From positions 77,075 to 141,074 of the forward strand of contig CAZCMP010000005.1 of assembly GCA_964500005.1 (NCBI GenBank): a DNA stretch of 64,000 bases. Reading direction: 5' to 3'. Every line of letters begins with the position of its first letter. Position 1 is the first letter of the stretch. Below the pieces are notes generated by a model. The model searched no databases and had not been told where the DNA came from. It saw nothing but the letters and a program-made list of their open reading frames with translations. Of this stretch, positions 28,977-38,102 are shown piece by piece. The translations under genes were made by a program, and so were the position numbers. This DNA comes from an uncultured Thermococci archaeon (GTDB lineage: Archaea; Methanobacteriota_B; Thermococci; Methanofastidiosales; Methanofastidiosaceae).

Positions 28977-29082
28977 TGACTACTAATGTAGTCTCATATT
29001 ATAAGATAATTATATTATATATCCCTTTTGGTAAAACCACGCACTTAGTTGATTATAAAAAAGTCTGAAATAAAAAATAAAT

Positions 29083-29547
29083 TTATTCCTTTTCTTTTAC
29101 ATATTTTACATCTTCAGGGGCTTCATATTTTGTTCGCATGACAATTGTATTTGAAATTCTGTTAAAAAGTCGTAATTTACTGTTAGACATGGCGAGCCAA
29201 CCGATGAGGCAGTCCAAAGGTAAGATAAATGCTTTGCCAAAACTTTCTAATGCCGCGATGCCATAATCTATTTTCTCTCCTTTTCTATCCGTAACTTTTA
29301 GATTCAATGCCATCTTTCCAATAGATTGTCCGCTATAACCTTCAAATATAGTCCAATAAGCAAACAATAAAATCCCGTTAACACCAAAACTCTTGACATT
29401 GATAATGGAAAGAATATTAATGAAGCTGAACTCACCTAAAAATCCTAGAAAATTTGTAAGAAAATTTGATACTACGCCTATCAATATGATGTCAATAAGC
29501 CACGCCCAAAATCTACTTTCCCACTTAGCCAAATATATTGTTTCCAT
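29083..29547 (-). CDS. RDD family membrane protein
   Basis: It has three TM helices and an RDD-domain-like arrangement (WLIDIIL...R.D...G..). Confidence 0.6.
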   Translation of the reverse strand: METIYLAKWESRFWAWLIDIILIGVVSNFLTNFLGFLGEFSFINILSIINVKSFGVNGILLFAYWTIFEGYSGQSIGKMALNLKVTDRKGEKIDYGIAALESFGKAFILPLDCLIGWLAMSNSKLRLFNRISNTIVMRTKYEAPEDVKYVKEKE

Positions 29548-29602
29548 TTTATCGCCTTTTAATATGATTATAGAAAATATATTTAGTTATAATAATATAA
29601 GC

Positions 29603-30340
29603 TTATTCACTAGATACCTTTGTCTTCCCCACAGGCGCAGCATATATTGTGAACTCATCTTCTCCATCAACACCTAAAAGATTGTCCATCAGCTCTTGAT
29701 TGTATGCGGCAATTGCACATGTCCCACACCCAATGGCCTCACATGCTAAATAAAGATTTTGGCATGCATGACCTGCATCAAGGGCTATGACTTTGTAAGA
29801 TGCCTGCCCATACCTCCATTCCATCCTATAAGGAATTGTGGTCCATATGAAGGTGACTGCGGCCTTGCCAGCAAATTCTTGTCCCAAAGCTGCTGCTGAA
29901 GTCTTTGCTTCTAGATCTTTCGGTTGGCTTATGAAAAGTAATTGATGAGTTAAGGGTAGGTATCGATATATGCCCTTCTTAAGGCCTTTGATATTAAAAA
30001 CTACTAGGTAAGTCTCAAAGCTGTGCCTGCATCCCGCTGAAGGAACGTTTCTAAAGGCATGGCCATAATCAAGTACCTCCCTTACACCCTGTGTAGACCA
30101 GACCAGAAAGGATAGCTCCTCCATTGAGAGGGGCTCATTTTTAAATATGCGTCTTGATCTCCTCTCTGCTATTGCTTTAGTGAGATTAAACTCTGGCGTG
30201 TATCCTTTTGGAAGGTCTACAATTACAGCATTTTCAGGCACAGATTTTTGTAAAGGTGGTGGTGAAACCCCCATGTTTTGGTCTGTTTTGGAAAAATCTG
30301 TACTTAAGCGTACATTATCTTTTAGAAATTCTCTGCTCAT
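29603..30340 (-). CDS. SagB/ThcOx-type dehydrogenase (nitroreductase superfamily)
   Basis: It has ERRSRRIF, PSAGCRH and a C-terminal nitroreductase fold with a GCG motif. Confidence 0.7.
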   Translation of the reverse strand: MSREFLKDNVRLSTDFSKTDQNMGVSPPPLQKSVPENAVIVDLPKGYTPEFNLTKAIAERRSRRIFKNEPLSMEELSFLVWSTQGVREVLDYGHAFRNVPSAGCRHSFETYLVVFNIKGLKKGIYRYLPLTHQLLFISQPKDLEAKTSAAALGQEFAGKAAVTFIWTTIPYRMEWRYGQASYKVIALDAGHACQNLYLACEAIGCGTCAIAAYNQELMDNLLGVDGEDEFTIYAAPVGKTKVSSE

Positions 30341-30439
30341 TGCATCGTATATTATTAAAGAAAATAAAAATTTAATCCCTGTAATTTGAATTTATTTTTT
30401 TATAATTACCTTTGTTTTATTGTTCTTTTACCATATTTT

Positions 30440-31855
30440 CTATGTTCCACAATAAGTCTTGTATCCAACTTCTGACTCAGGCGGTTGTTGAAACTCTTTA
30501 TTGACATTTTTATAGTCATAAGGCTTTTTTAGAGCTTTAAGTAACCTTTCAAACTCTGTTTTGTCCCTTATTGCTTTTTCAACATGATGATTTCTGGGTA
30601 TTAGGGCAGGATTAGTCTTCTGCATTACCTTCTGAGTTTTTGAGGGATTTTGTTTTTCAATTCTTTTTTTCCACCTAATAAGCCAATCCCTTCCTTGATC
30701 TTCGGTAAAAGGATCTTTATTATTAGAGAGCTTGAAAAAAGTATTGGTGTAATCCATTTTGTATTTCTTCATTAAATCAAGAAGTTCTTTGATTAGTTGT
30801 ACATCCCCCTCCTGTTTTGAGAGAAGACCCAATTTTTTACTCATCATTTTGATATATGCATTTTGAAACTTTTCATCAAAACTTTCTATAATCTTCTCTG
30901 CAATTTTAATGGATTTTTCTTCATTTTCATGAATTAGGGGAAGGAGTGCTTCAGCTAATTTTACAATGTTCCATTTTATGATATTGGCTTGGTTTCCAAA
31001 TGAATATCTGCCTTGTTTATCTATTGAGCTATAAACAGTTTTCTCATCATATGAATTCATAAATGCGCATGGCCCATAATCTATTGTCTCTCCAGCTATA
31101 CTTGTATTGTCCGTATTCATAACACCATGAATGAAGCCGACCCGAAGCCATTCTACTATTAGTTTTATTTGCTTTTCAATGACTTTTTTTAGTAATGCTT
31201 GTGCGGGATAATTGGATTTTTTTAATTCGGGGTAATGCCTTTCTATTGTATACTTAAGCAATTGCTTGAGTTGTTTTATTTCCAAAAGGGATGCATACTC
31301 AAAAGTGCCTATTCGTATATGGCTTTCGGCTATTCGTGTCAGTACTGCTCCTGATTGCTCTGCTTGCCTGTATACTTTGTCCTTAGTTTCGATAACGCAC
31401 AAACTTCTTGTAGTTGGTATTTTCAAATAATGCATCGCCTCACTTATCAGGTATTCTCTAAGCATTGCTTGAAGTGTTGCACGTCCGTCACCCCCTCTAC
31501 TATAGGGTGTCCTCCCCGAGCCTTTTAGCTGTATATCGTACAGTTTATCTTTGAACAGAATTTCACCTAAAATAATTGCCCTGCCATCTCCAAGTACAGT
31601 AAAATAGCCAAATTGATGGCCGGCATATGCCTGGGCAAAAGGCTTTGTATTTGGGATTATCCTGTTTCCTGAAAAGTAATCTACAATCTCCTTTTCATTC
31701 AAATTAATCTTGAGTTTTTTAGCCAACTCCTTATTGTAATAAAAAATGCTTGGTTCCTTTACAGGTAGCGGATCCTGTAGCGTGTAAAAAATTTCGTCAA
31801 GATTAAGATAAGTTTTATCTAATTTGATGTTATACTCAGTATTTCCATTATCCAT
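30440..31855 (-). CDS. selO: protein adenylyltransferase SelO (YdiU/UPF0061)
   Basis: Motifs YAGHQFG, LGDGRAIILGE, LKGSGRTPYSRGGDGRA, EYLISEAMHYLKIPTTR and HGVMNTDN are present. Confidence 0.85.
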   Translation of the reverse strand: MDNGNTEYNIKLDKTYLNLDEIFYTLQDPLPVKEPSIFYYNKELAKKLKINLNEKEIVDYFSGNRIIPNTKPFAQAYAGHQFGYFTVLGDGRAIILGEILFKDKLYDIQLKGSGRTPYSRGGDGRATLQAMLREYLISEAMHYLKIPTTRSLCVIETKDKVYRQAEQSGAVLTRIAESHIRIGTFEYASLLEIKQLKQLLKYTIERHYPELKKSNYPAQALLKKVIEKQIKLIVEWLRVGFIHGVMNTDNTSIAGETIDYGPCAFMNSYDEKTVYSSIDKQGRYSFGNQANIIKWNIVKLAEALLPLIHENEEKSIKIAEKIIESFDEKFQNAYIKMMSKKLGLLSKQEGDVQLIKELLDLMKKYKMDYTNTFFKLSNNKDPFTEDQGRDWLIRWKKRIEKQNPSKTQKVMQKTNPALIPRNHHVEKAIRDKTEFERLLKALKKPYDYKNVNKEFQQPPESEVGYKTYCGT

Positions 31856-31967
31856 TTTTCTTTATTTATATCCCCTATATTTAACTTGGCCTACTTTAGA
31901 AAAAGAAACCTATTGATTATTTAATTGGAAAATATTTATTAAGATTAAAAGAAACCTATATTTTAAT

Positions 31968-32846
31968 ATGAAAATAGGGTACCCTTGTATCAACAGAGGC
32001 ATTGGATGCACAGCAAATTCTACCTTTAGATTGGTAAATTATTCTGAAAGTAATCTAATTGAAAAAGTTACCAATAATCTTGATTGTCTTAGTAAGATAC
32101 TAAGATACAACGTAGATAATGGTTTGCTCTTCTTTAGAATAAGTTCAGACTTAATCCCTTTTGCAAGCCACCCCGTATGCACTTTTAATTGGCAAGAATA
32201 TTTTAAAGAAAGATTTCAGGACATTGGAAATTTCATATTAAAAAACGAGATTAGGATTTCAATGCACCCTGACCAGTTTGTATTGATAAATTCAAACAAT
32301 GAATCAATCGTGACAAAAAGCATTCTGGATTTAAAATGGCATTGTGAAGTTTTGGATTTAATGGGGCTTAATGAAACGGCCAAAGTACAGATTCATGTAG
32401 GGGGCGTTTATGGCGACAAAGAATCTGCAATCGGTAGATTTGTAGACAACTACAAAAAACTTCCAGATTTTATTAAGAGAAGATTGGCGATAGAAAACGA
32501 TGAAAGATTATATTCTCTTAAAGATTGTCTTTCTGTATCTAAAAAAACAGGTATTCCAGTTATTTTTGATTCTTTTCACCATAGCTGTCTGAATAATGGT
32601 GAAACAATGAAAGAGGCTATAGAGTTATCTGAAAAAACATGGAGCAAAAAAGATGGCATACTAATGACAGACTACAGCTCACAAGCGCCAAATGAAAGAT
32701 TTGGAAAGCATGTAGATCACATTGATGTAGAAAAGTTCAGACAATACTTAAAAGAAACTAAGGAACATGATTTTGACATAATGCTTGAAATTAAAGATAA
32801 AGAAAAAAGTGCCTTAAAGGCTATAGAGGTAATCAATGATAGTTAA
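31968..32846 (+). CDS. uvdE: UV damage endonuclease UvdE
   Basis: Motifs FRISSDLIPFASHP, MHPDQF, IHVGG and FDSFHH are collinear with the UvsE/UVDE family. Confidence 0.8.
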   Translation: MKIGYPCINRGIGCTANSTFRLVNYSESNLIEKVTNNLDCLSKILRYNVDNGLLFFRISSDLIPFASHPVCTFNWQEYFKERFQDIGNFILKNEIRISMHPDQFVLINSNNESIVTKSILDLKWHCEVLDLMGLNETAKVQIHVGGVYGDKESAIGRFVDNYKKLPDFIKRRLAIENDERLYSLKDCLSVSKKTGIPVIFDSFHHSCLNNGETMKEAIELSEKTWSKKDGILMTDYSSQAPNERFGKHVDHIDVEKFRQYLKETKEHDFDIMLEIKDKEKSALKAIEVINDS

Positions 32847-32885
32847 AGTGCATAGGAATCTATTGGCTAAAAAATTAAACTTAAA

Positions 32886-33788
32886 TCATCCTTTCAGACA
32901 GTTCTTCAAGGCGACAATAAATGTTTTTGGATCCTCAAACATGGGCAAATGCCCTACGCCTGGTATAACTTCCAATTGACTATTTGGGATTCTTTCCTTT
33001 AAGTAATAACCCTTAGAAAGCGGTACCCACGTATCCTCCTCACCCCATATCATAAATGTAGGTACATCTATTTCTTCTATAGGCTTTTGCAATACATTTT
33101 TATAGCGTGTTGAGGTGATTTTAATTAAAACATACTCCCAGCCTTTAAAGATCGTTGGATTTACAAAAAGCGGTTCTTTAATCTCCACTTTTTTGTACAT
33201 TGCACTAGTAAACGTTTCTGAAATCCTAGACTCATTATAAAATAATTTCATGATAATCCTCACATATTCTCTAACAATTGGCCAATCTAAAATTTTAGTA
33301 GCTTTGATATTCAAAGAATCATCATCCGCTTTATCCATAATTGAACCGGAAACTAAGACTAGCCTTTCAACTTTTTGTGGGTATTTCTGGCAATACATCG
33401 TTGCTATGTTGCCCCCCATACTGTGACCTACAAGTGTAAATTTATTTAACTCTAGTTTATTGACAAAAGAGTTTACAAATTCTGTTTGAGATGGGTGTGA
33501 ATAATCTTCATCCCTCTTTTTTTCTGAAAGGCCAAATCCTTTTAGATCAACAGCAACTACCCTGTACCCCTCTTCAGCGAGCGCGGGTATTACAGGTATC
33601 CAATTTGTAGATGACCCACCAAACCCATGTAACAAAAGAATAGTTTTCTCAGATTCTGGATTTACATCAATGTAAAAAGTTTTGTAATTATTTATTTCTA
33701 TAAAATTAGCCCCTTTTATTTCAAAATTAGAGATATAATCTTCTGGAGTAATGCCGGTGTCTCTTACAAAAATAGGAGAAAGGATCAA
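32886..33788 (-). CDS. alpha/beta-fold hydrolase
   Basis: HGFGGS and GHSMGG define the nucleophile elbow. The C-terminus has a His. Confidence 0.75.
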   Translation of the reverse strand: MILSPIFVRDTGITPEDYISNFEIKGANFIEINNYKTFYIDVNPESEKTILLLHGFGGSSTNWIPVIPALAEEGYRVVAVDLKGFGLSEKKRDEDYSHPSQTEFVNSFVNKLELNKFTLVGHSMGGNIATMYCQKYPQKVERLVLVSGSIMDKADDDSLNIKATKILDWPIVREYVRIIMKLFYNESRISETFTSAMYKKVEIKEPLFVNPTIFKGWEYVLIKITSTRYKNVLQKPIEEIDVPTFMIWGEEDTWVPLSKGYYLKERIPNSQLEVIPGVGHLPMFEDPKTFIVALKNCLKG

Positions 33789-33883
33789 AATAATTAGAAA
33801 CGTACAAATAGTATATTTTACTATCTTCTTAGATGAAGTTTTCTCTTTAATAAAATCACCTTCTATTGATTAAGAATATTAAT

Positions 33884-34288
33884 TCATTTTTTGGTTCCGC
33901 ACTCGCTACAATATTTTCTGTGAACATTTATAGTGCCACCACATTCTGGGCATCTCCACCTTATCCTTTCATTTTTTACAAATTGTCTTATTCCCAATTC
34001 TCTAATATTTTCTAGATTCTCAATCATGCTCATAGCATATTTAGTCCTGTACCTCTTATCAAGATTTTTAAGCCTCTTGCATGGATATTTTTCACATCTA
34101 AAACAGAATTTGGTCTTTTTAATAGTCTCACAATTTTTAATTATGCATCTAACACAGCTCACCGCTTTATTTTCATCAGATTCATTGCATCCAGGACAAT
34201 GATTTTTCTCTCTTAAATACGCCATGCATATACCACAGTTCATTCCGCATGGAGCAATGAGTTTAGAGGTAATTGTATTTATTGCCAT
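33884..34288 (-). CDS. Cys-rich DUF3795-like protein
   Basis: It has the APCGMNCGICMAY start pattern, many CxxC pairs, and a C-terminal zinc ribbon CPECGG...CSECG. Confidence 0.45.
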   Translation of the reverse strand: MAINTITSKLIAPCGMNCGICMAYLREKNHCPGCNESDENKAVSCVRCIIKNCETIKKTKFCFRCEKYPCKRLKNLDKRYRTKYAMSMIENLENIRELGIRQFVKNERIRWRCPECGGTINVHRKYCSECGTKK

Positions 34289-34361
34289 GTATATATCTAG
34301 GCGTAAAAGAATAAAAATGTAATTATTTTTAAGAATTTAGAGCGCTATATTATAAATAAAA

Positions 34362-34709
34362 TTATTCTAAGTTGATGTTCTCTGCACCTTTTTGGATTTT
34401 TCTGAATAGCTTTTCAAATTCAATGGGCTTTAGGCCCTCCTCTTCACATTCGTTTGAACAGTAGTAGTTGTCATCATATGCGGGCAAATGGAGCCAGCCA
34501 TTTTGAAAATCCCATACCTCAACATAGTACCTAAATCGAACGCCTCCACATTTTCTGCATGTCTCGTCCTCTGCTATCAGCCAAAGCTTGTATGTGAACT
34601 CCTCTCCACCCTTCCCAGCCAAAGTTATCTTTTTTGTGTATGTTTCCGTGTATGCTTGGGTATCCATCTCCCATTTATCCTCTGGATTTCCAATCTCAAA
34701 AAATGCCAT
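34362..34709 (-). CDS. hypothetical protein
   Basis: The 115-aa product has CRKCGG...CSNEC and no family I recognise. Confidence 0.4.
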   Translation of the reverse strand: MAFFEIGNPEDKWEMDTQAYTETYTKKITLAGKGGEEFTYKLWLIAEDETCRKCGGVRFRYYVEVWDFQNGWLHLPAYDDNYYCSNECEEEGLKPIEFEKLFRKIQKGAENINLE

Positions 34710-34751
34710 CTGCTCACCTTTATATCTTAAGTAGATAAATATAAGAAAATA

Positions 34752-35204
34752 TCAAACTTTCTCCAATGTAAGATCCCATGTCAACTCTGCAGTCAAACCC
34801 AATATAACGGTTATTGGACAGAACTTTGTTACAACTTCTTTTGTTATTTCTTCCATAAGATCTTTTTCAAGATCCCCTCTTATTTTAATTTTTGCATGAA
34901 TCTTATCAAAAATTCTTGGGTACTCATCTACCCTAGTGCCTTCAATGTCCACATGACAATATGTGTAATCCTTTCCCTGCTGCCTAAGTAAGATCTGTGT
35001 ATTAACAGCTATGCACGCACCTGCTGTAGCGAGCAATCCTTCTAAGGGTATGGGATGATCTCCACTTCCACCGAATGCTTTTGAAGCTGCAAAAGGTATT
35101 TCGTGACCAACACTATCCTTGCCTAAATACTCCATGTCTTTTTGCCAGCTTACTGAAGCCCTTAATATATCTTTAGGTTTTGGAATCATAAAATAATTTT
35201 CCAA
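34752..35204 (-). CDS. OsmC/Ohr family protein
   Basis: Motifs LLATAGACIA and KFCPIT are in the OsmC-like arrangement. Confidence 0.6.
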   Translation of the reverse strand: MENYFMIPKPKDILRASVSWQKDMEYLGKDSVGHEIPFAASKAFGGSGDHPIPLEGLLATAGACIAVNTQILLRQQGKDYTYCHVDIEGTRVDEYPRIFDKIHAKIKIRGDLEKDLMEEITKEVVTKFCPITVILGLTAELTWDLTLEKV

Positions 35205-35283
35205 TTTTCAATATATAAATATATGGAAAATAAAATATATGCTATAAATCTTATTATATTATAGCAACCAAGTTGTATTTAAT

Positions 35284-35574
35284 TTAGCATTGTGTATTGT
35301 ATGTCCCTAATCCCCCTTTGTTTGCATAGTTCCACATTAAGTTTACACCTTTTGCTTTCTCATAAACCTCAATTTGGTCTAAAAGATCAAGGTATCCTTT
35401 AGCCTCTATTGTGTCTATTAATGCGTTATCCCTTGCATCATACACACCGTATGCTATTGTATCGCCAACTCTACATAGTTCCCTTATAGTGACATTCATT
35501 GTTGGTACTGCGCTTGCCATTCCCAATGTTGTTAAAAAGAATAGAAATACTAACGCTATAGCAATCTTTTTCAT
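35284..35574 (-). CDS. small secreted hypothetical protein
   Basis: It has a signal peptide MKKIAIALVFLFFLTTLGMASA. Confidence 0.45.
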   Translation of the reverse strand: MKKIAIALVFLFFLTTLGMASAVPTMNVTIRELCRVGDTIAYGVYDARDNALIDTIEAKGYLDLLDQIEVYEKAKGVNLMWNYANKGGLGTYNTQC

Positions 35575-35755
35575 ATTATATTCCTCCTTTATTTTTTTAT
35601 ACCTAAGCCATATAATTATTCTCTTTCTGATATATAAATATATTGAAAAAATAGAAATAAAGAAAAATTGACATTAATTTTAAATAGGGTTTACCGATAA
35701 ATAGCTTGTAGATTATATCTATTATAAAATTAGAGTAATATAGGAGGTTATATTT

Positions 35756-37024
35756 ATGGGTATTAGTTTAGATTCACAGGAGCCCCCAGGTGGCCGGTGG
35801 ACAATTGTAATCGTAGGGATCATATTACAACTCTGTCTTGGAGCGATATATGCCTATGGTGTTTTGAGAAATCCTTTACTTGAATACTTCAAATCCAAAG
35901 GATTAAACCCTACGGCAATGGATATGACGTGGCCATTCATTGTATTCTTGGCATTTTTTGCCATATTGATGCCATTGGCAGGGCCCTATATCAAAAAGCT
36001 TGGCCCTATGAAAGTATGTATGGCTGGCGGAGTTCTCTGTGGATTAGGATGGCTTGCAGCTTCCTTTGCAACTTCACCTTTGATGCTCATTCCGTTATAC
36101 GGGATAATTGGCGGTGTGGGTGTTGGTATTGCATATGGGGCACCGATTGCTGCCTCCACACAATGGTTTCCTGATAAATGTGGACTTGCTGTTGGATTGA
36201 CAGTCCTAGGCTTTGGATTCTCCTCAGCTATCATCACTTATGCAACTAGATTTCTATTGGGAAGTGGCTGGGGCATAATGAGCATTATGCAGATATTCGG
36301 AATAGTTTTTATAATCCTAAGTATTGTGCTTTCACTACTACTTAAATTTCCGCCAACTGGATGGAAGCCAGCTTGTATGATCGCATCTAAAGCTGGAGCT
36401 AGTAGTGTTGATTTCATGAGAGATCAGATGGCTAAGACCTCAACCTTCAAAGGGTTATGGATATGTTATACTATTGGTGCACTTGCTGGCCTAACTGCTA
36501 TTGGAATTGCAGGTCCTGTTGGGGCAGAGGTATTTGCCAATGCAGGTATGAACCCTGATGTAGCAAATGGATTAATATTTACTTTGATATTGCCCTTTGC
36601 AATATGTAACGGTGCAGGAAGGCCAATCTTTGGCTCGCTTACAGACAAACTCACGCCCAAGAATACTGCAATATTATCGTATGTTCTGATTATCGTAGCC
36701 TGTTTAGTAATGTACACAGGGTACAATAGTGTCTTGGCATATATCGTTTGCTTCTCACTTCTTTGGGGATGCCTTGGGGGTTGGCTTGCAATAGCTCCAA
36801 CTGCCACAGCAAGCTATTTCGGTAGAAAAGACAATTCTAGAAACTACGGGCTTGTCTTTACAGCATACGGCGCAGGGGCCATCATTGGCGGTATTGTATC
36901 CGCACAAGCAAAGGACCTCTTGGGAGCCTTTCAGCCATTTTTCTTGATAGTAGCTGGACTTGCTGTAGTAGGAATAATAATTGCCTTTATTCTATTGAAG
37001 CAACCTATTGTTAAGAAAGTATAA
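35756..37024 (+). CDS. MFS transporter, oxalate/formate antiporter-like
   Basis: It has 12 TM helices. GGAGGT is 8 nt upstream of the ATG. An OFA-like N-terminus is present. Confidence 0.75.
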   Translation: MGISLDSQEPPGGRWTIVIVGIILQLCLGAIYAYGVLRNPLLEYFKSKGLNPTAMDMTWPFIVFLAFFAILMPLAGPYIKKLGPMKVCMAGGVLCGLGWLAASFATSPLMLIPLYGIIGGVGVGIAYGAPIAASTQWFPDKCGLAVGLTVLGFGFSSAIITYATRFLLGSGWGIMSIMQIFGIVFIILSIVLSLLLKFPPTGWKPACMIASKAGASSVDFMRDQMAKTSTFKGLWICYTIGALAGLTAIGIAGPVGAEVFANAGMNPDVANGLIFTLILPFAICNGAGRPIFGSLTDKLTPKNTAILSYVLIIVACLVMYTGYNSVLAYIVCFSLLWGCLGGWLAIAPTATASYFGRKDNSRNYGLVFTAYGAGAIIGGIVSAQAKDLLGAFQPFFLIVAGLAVVGIIIAFILLKQPIVKKV

Positions 37025-37092
37025 AAAATAAATTTTTATTTTTATTAACTATAAATAATTCAAGCGCAGATGTGGGTGGAGATATACAAATA

Positions 37093-37266
37093 TTAGGCCT
37101 TCTTAAGTTGTTTTAATCCGAGTGAAACAAGAGCAATTCCTATTACTATTACCAATACGTTGTTTATTAGGGCGCCCATATTAGGGTTCTGTAGTAAGCC
37201 TGTTATTGCAGACAACGCTGCTACCACTCCAATAGTTAAAAGTATGTATCCTAAAACTTTTCCCAT
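37093..37266 (-). CDS. small (57 aa) membrane protein not in ORF track
   Basis: The product reads MGKVLGYILLTIGVVAALSAITGLLQNPNMGALINNVLVIVIGIALVSLGLKQLKKA. A GGTGA SD is 6 nt upstream of the ATG. Confidence 0.35.
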   Translation of the reverse strand: MGKVLGYILLTIGVVAALSAITGLLQNPNMGALINNVLVIVIGIALVSLGLKQLKKA

Positions 37267-37302
37267 ATTTAATCACCGTCAAAATATCTTCCTAATTTTT
37301 CG

Positions 37303-37530
37303 CTATTTCTTAGATTCTTCTTGCTCTTGTGTTATCTGTTTAGAATATTTTCCCCAGTTATTCTGACAAGATTTACAGTGCCAACAAGGTGAGTCCTCGT
37401 TTACTAAACACCCTCCTAAAAGAACTTCATGAATCTCTTCCTTCTCAAATAACTCATCTGATGGCATACCGTATACTATAGGCACTATATCATTTGATCC
37501 ACATTTTGGGCATTTCGAGTTTTTTTCCAT
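37303..37530 (-). CDS. small zinc-ribbon protein
   Basis: It has CPKCGS...CWHCKSC. Confidence 0.45.
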   Translation of the reverse strand: MEKNSKCPKCGSNDIVPIVYGMPSDELFEKEEIHEVLLGGCLVNEDSPCWHCKSCQNNWGKYSKQITQEQEESKK

Positions 37531-37667
37531 ATAATAAATATTGAATATATATCTATTTAAGTTTATCGAAACACTAGATGTGACATCACTAATTTGAATT
37601 AGATTTATAAATAAAAGTAATATTTTATATGTAAGGCCTTAGTGGCCAAACAAAGGGAGTAGTTAAA

Positions 37668-38006
37668 ATGTATGGTGAAAGAAGAGGGGCACGTGATAGG
37701 CCTCCTCGTGAAATGCATAAAGTGGTTTGTCAAGAATGCGGACAAGAAACTGAAGTCCCATTCGAGCCAGATGGTACAAGACCTGTTTACTGCAAAGAAT
37801 GCTTCCAGAAAAAGAATCCAAGAAGAGGGGAAGGTAGGCCCCATCGTGGCGGAAGAATGGGTGGGCGTGATAGGCCTCCCCGTGAAATGCATAAGACAGT
37901 TTGTCAAGAATGCGGACAAGAAACTGAAGTCCCATTCGAGCCAGATGGTACAAAACCTGTTTATTGCAAAGAATGCTTCCAGAAAAAGAAACCAAGAAGA
38001 TTCTAA
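37668..38006 (+). CDS. tandemly duplicated C4 zinc-ribbon protein with Arg/Gly-rich linkers
   Basis: It has two copies of RDRPPREMHK.VCQECGQETEVPFEPDGT.PVYCKECFQKK. A GGAG-like SD is upstream. The three overlapping ORFs in this interval are rejected as repeat artefacts. Confidence 0.6.
   Translation: MYGERRGARDRPPREMHKVVCQECGQETEVPFEPDGTRPVYCKECFQKKNPRRGEGRPHRGGRMGGRDRPPREMHKTVCQECGQETEVPFEPDGTKPVYCKECFQKKKPRRF
37692..38003. repeat. 174-bp tandem direct repeat (1.8 copies) inside the zinc-ribbon gene
   Basis: Copies 37692-37865 and 37866-38003 are more than 95% identical at the nucleotide level. Confidence 0.8.
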
Positions 38007-38102
38007 AAGTATTTTTTGGAAAGATTACTTTCTGAATAGAAATGTACTTTTATTTTTTATATTTAATTCTTTAATCATAATTAAAAATAGATAAAATTAA
38101 GT

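Noticed and set aside
37605-38094. Three long ORFs on both strands overlap the zinc-ribbon gene: 37605-37919 (-), 37663-37995 (-) and 37672-38094 (+).
   Set aside because: They are by-products of the perfect 174-bp tandem repeat, with internally repeated nonsense sequence. Only the + frame encoding complete C4 zinc ribbons behind an SD is plausible.
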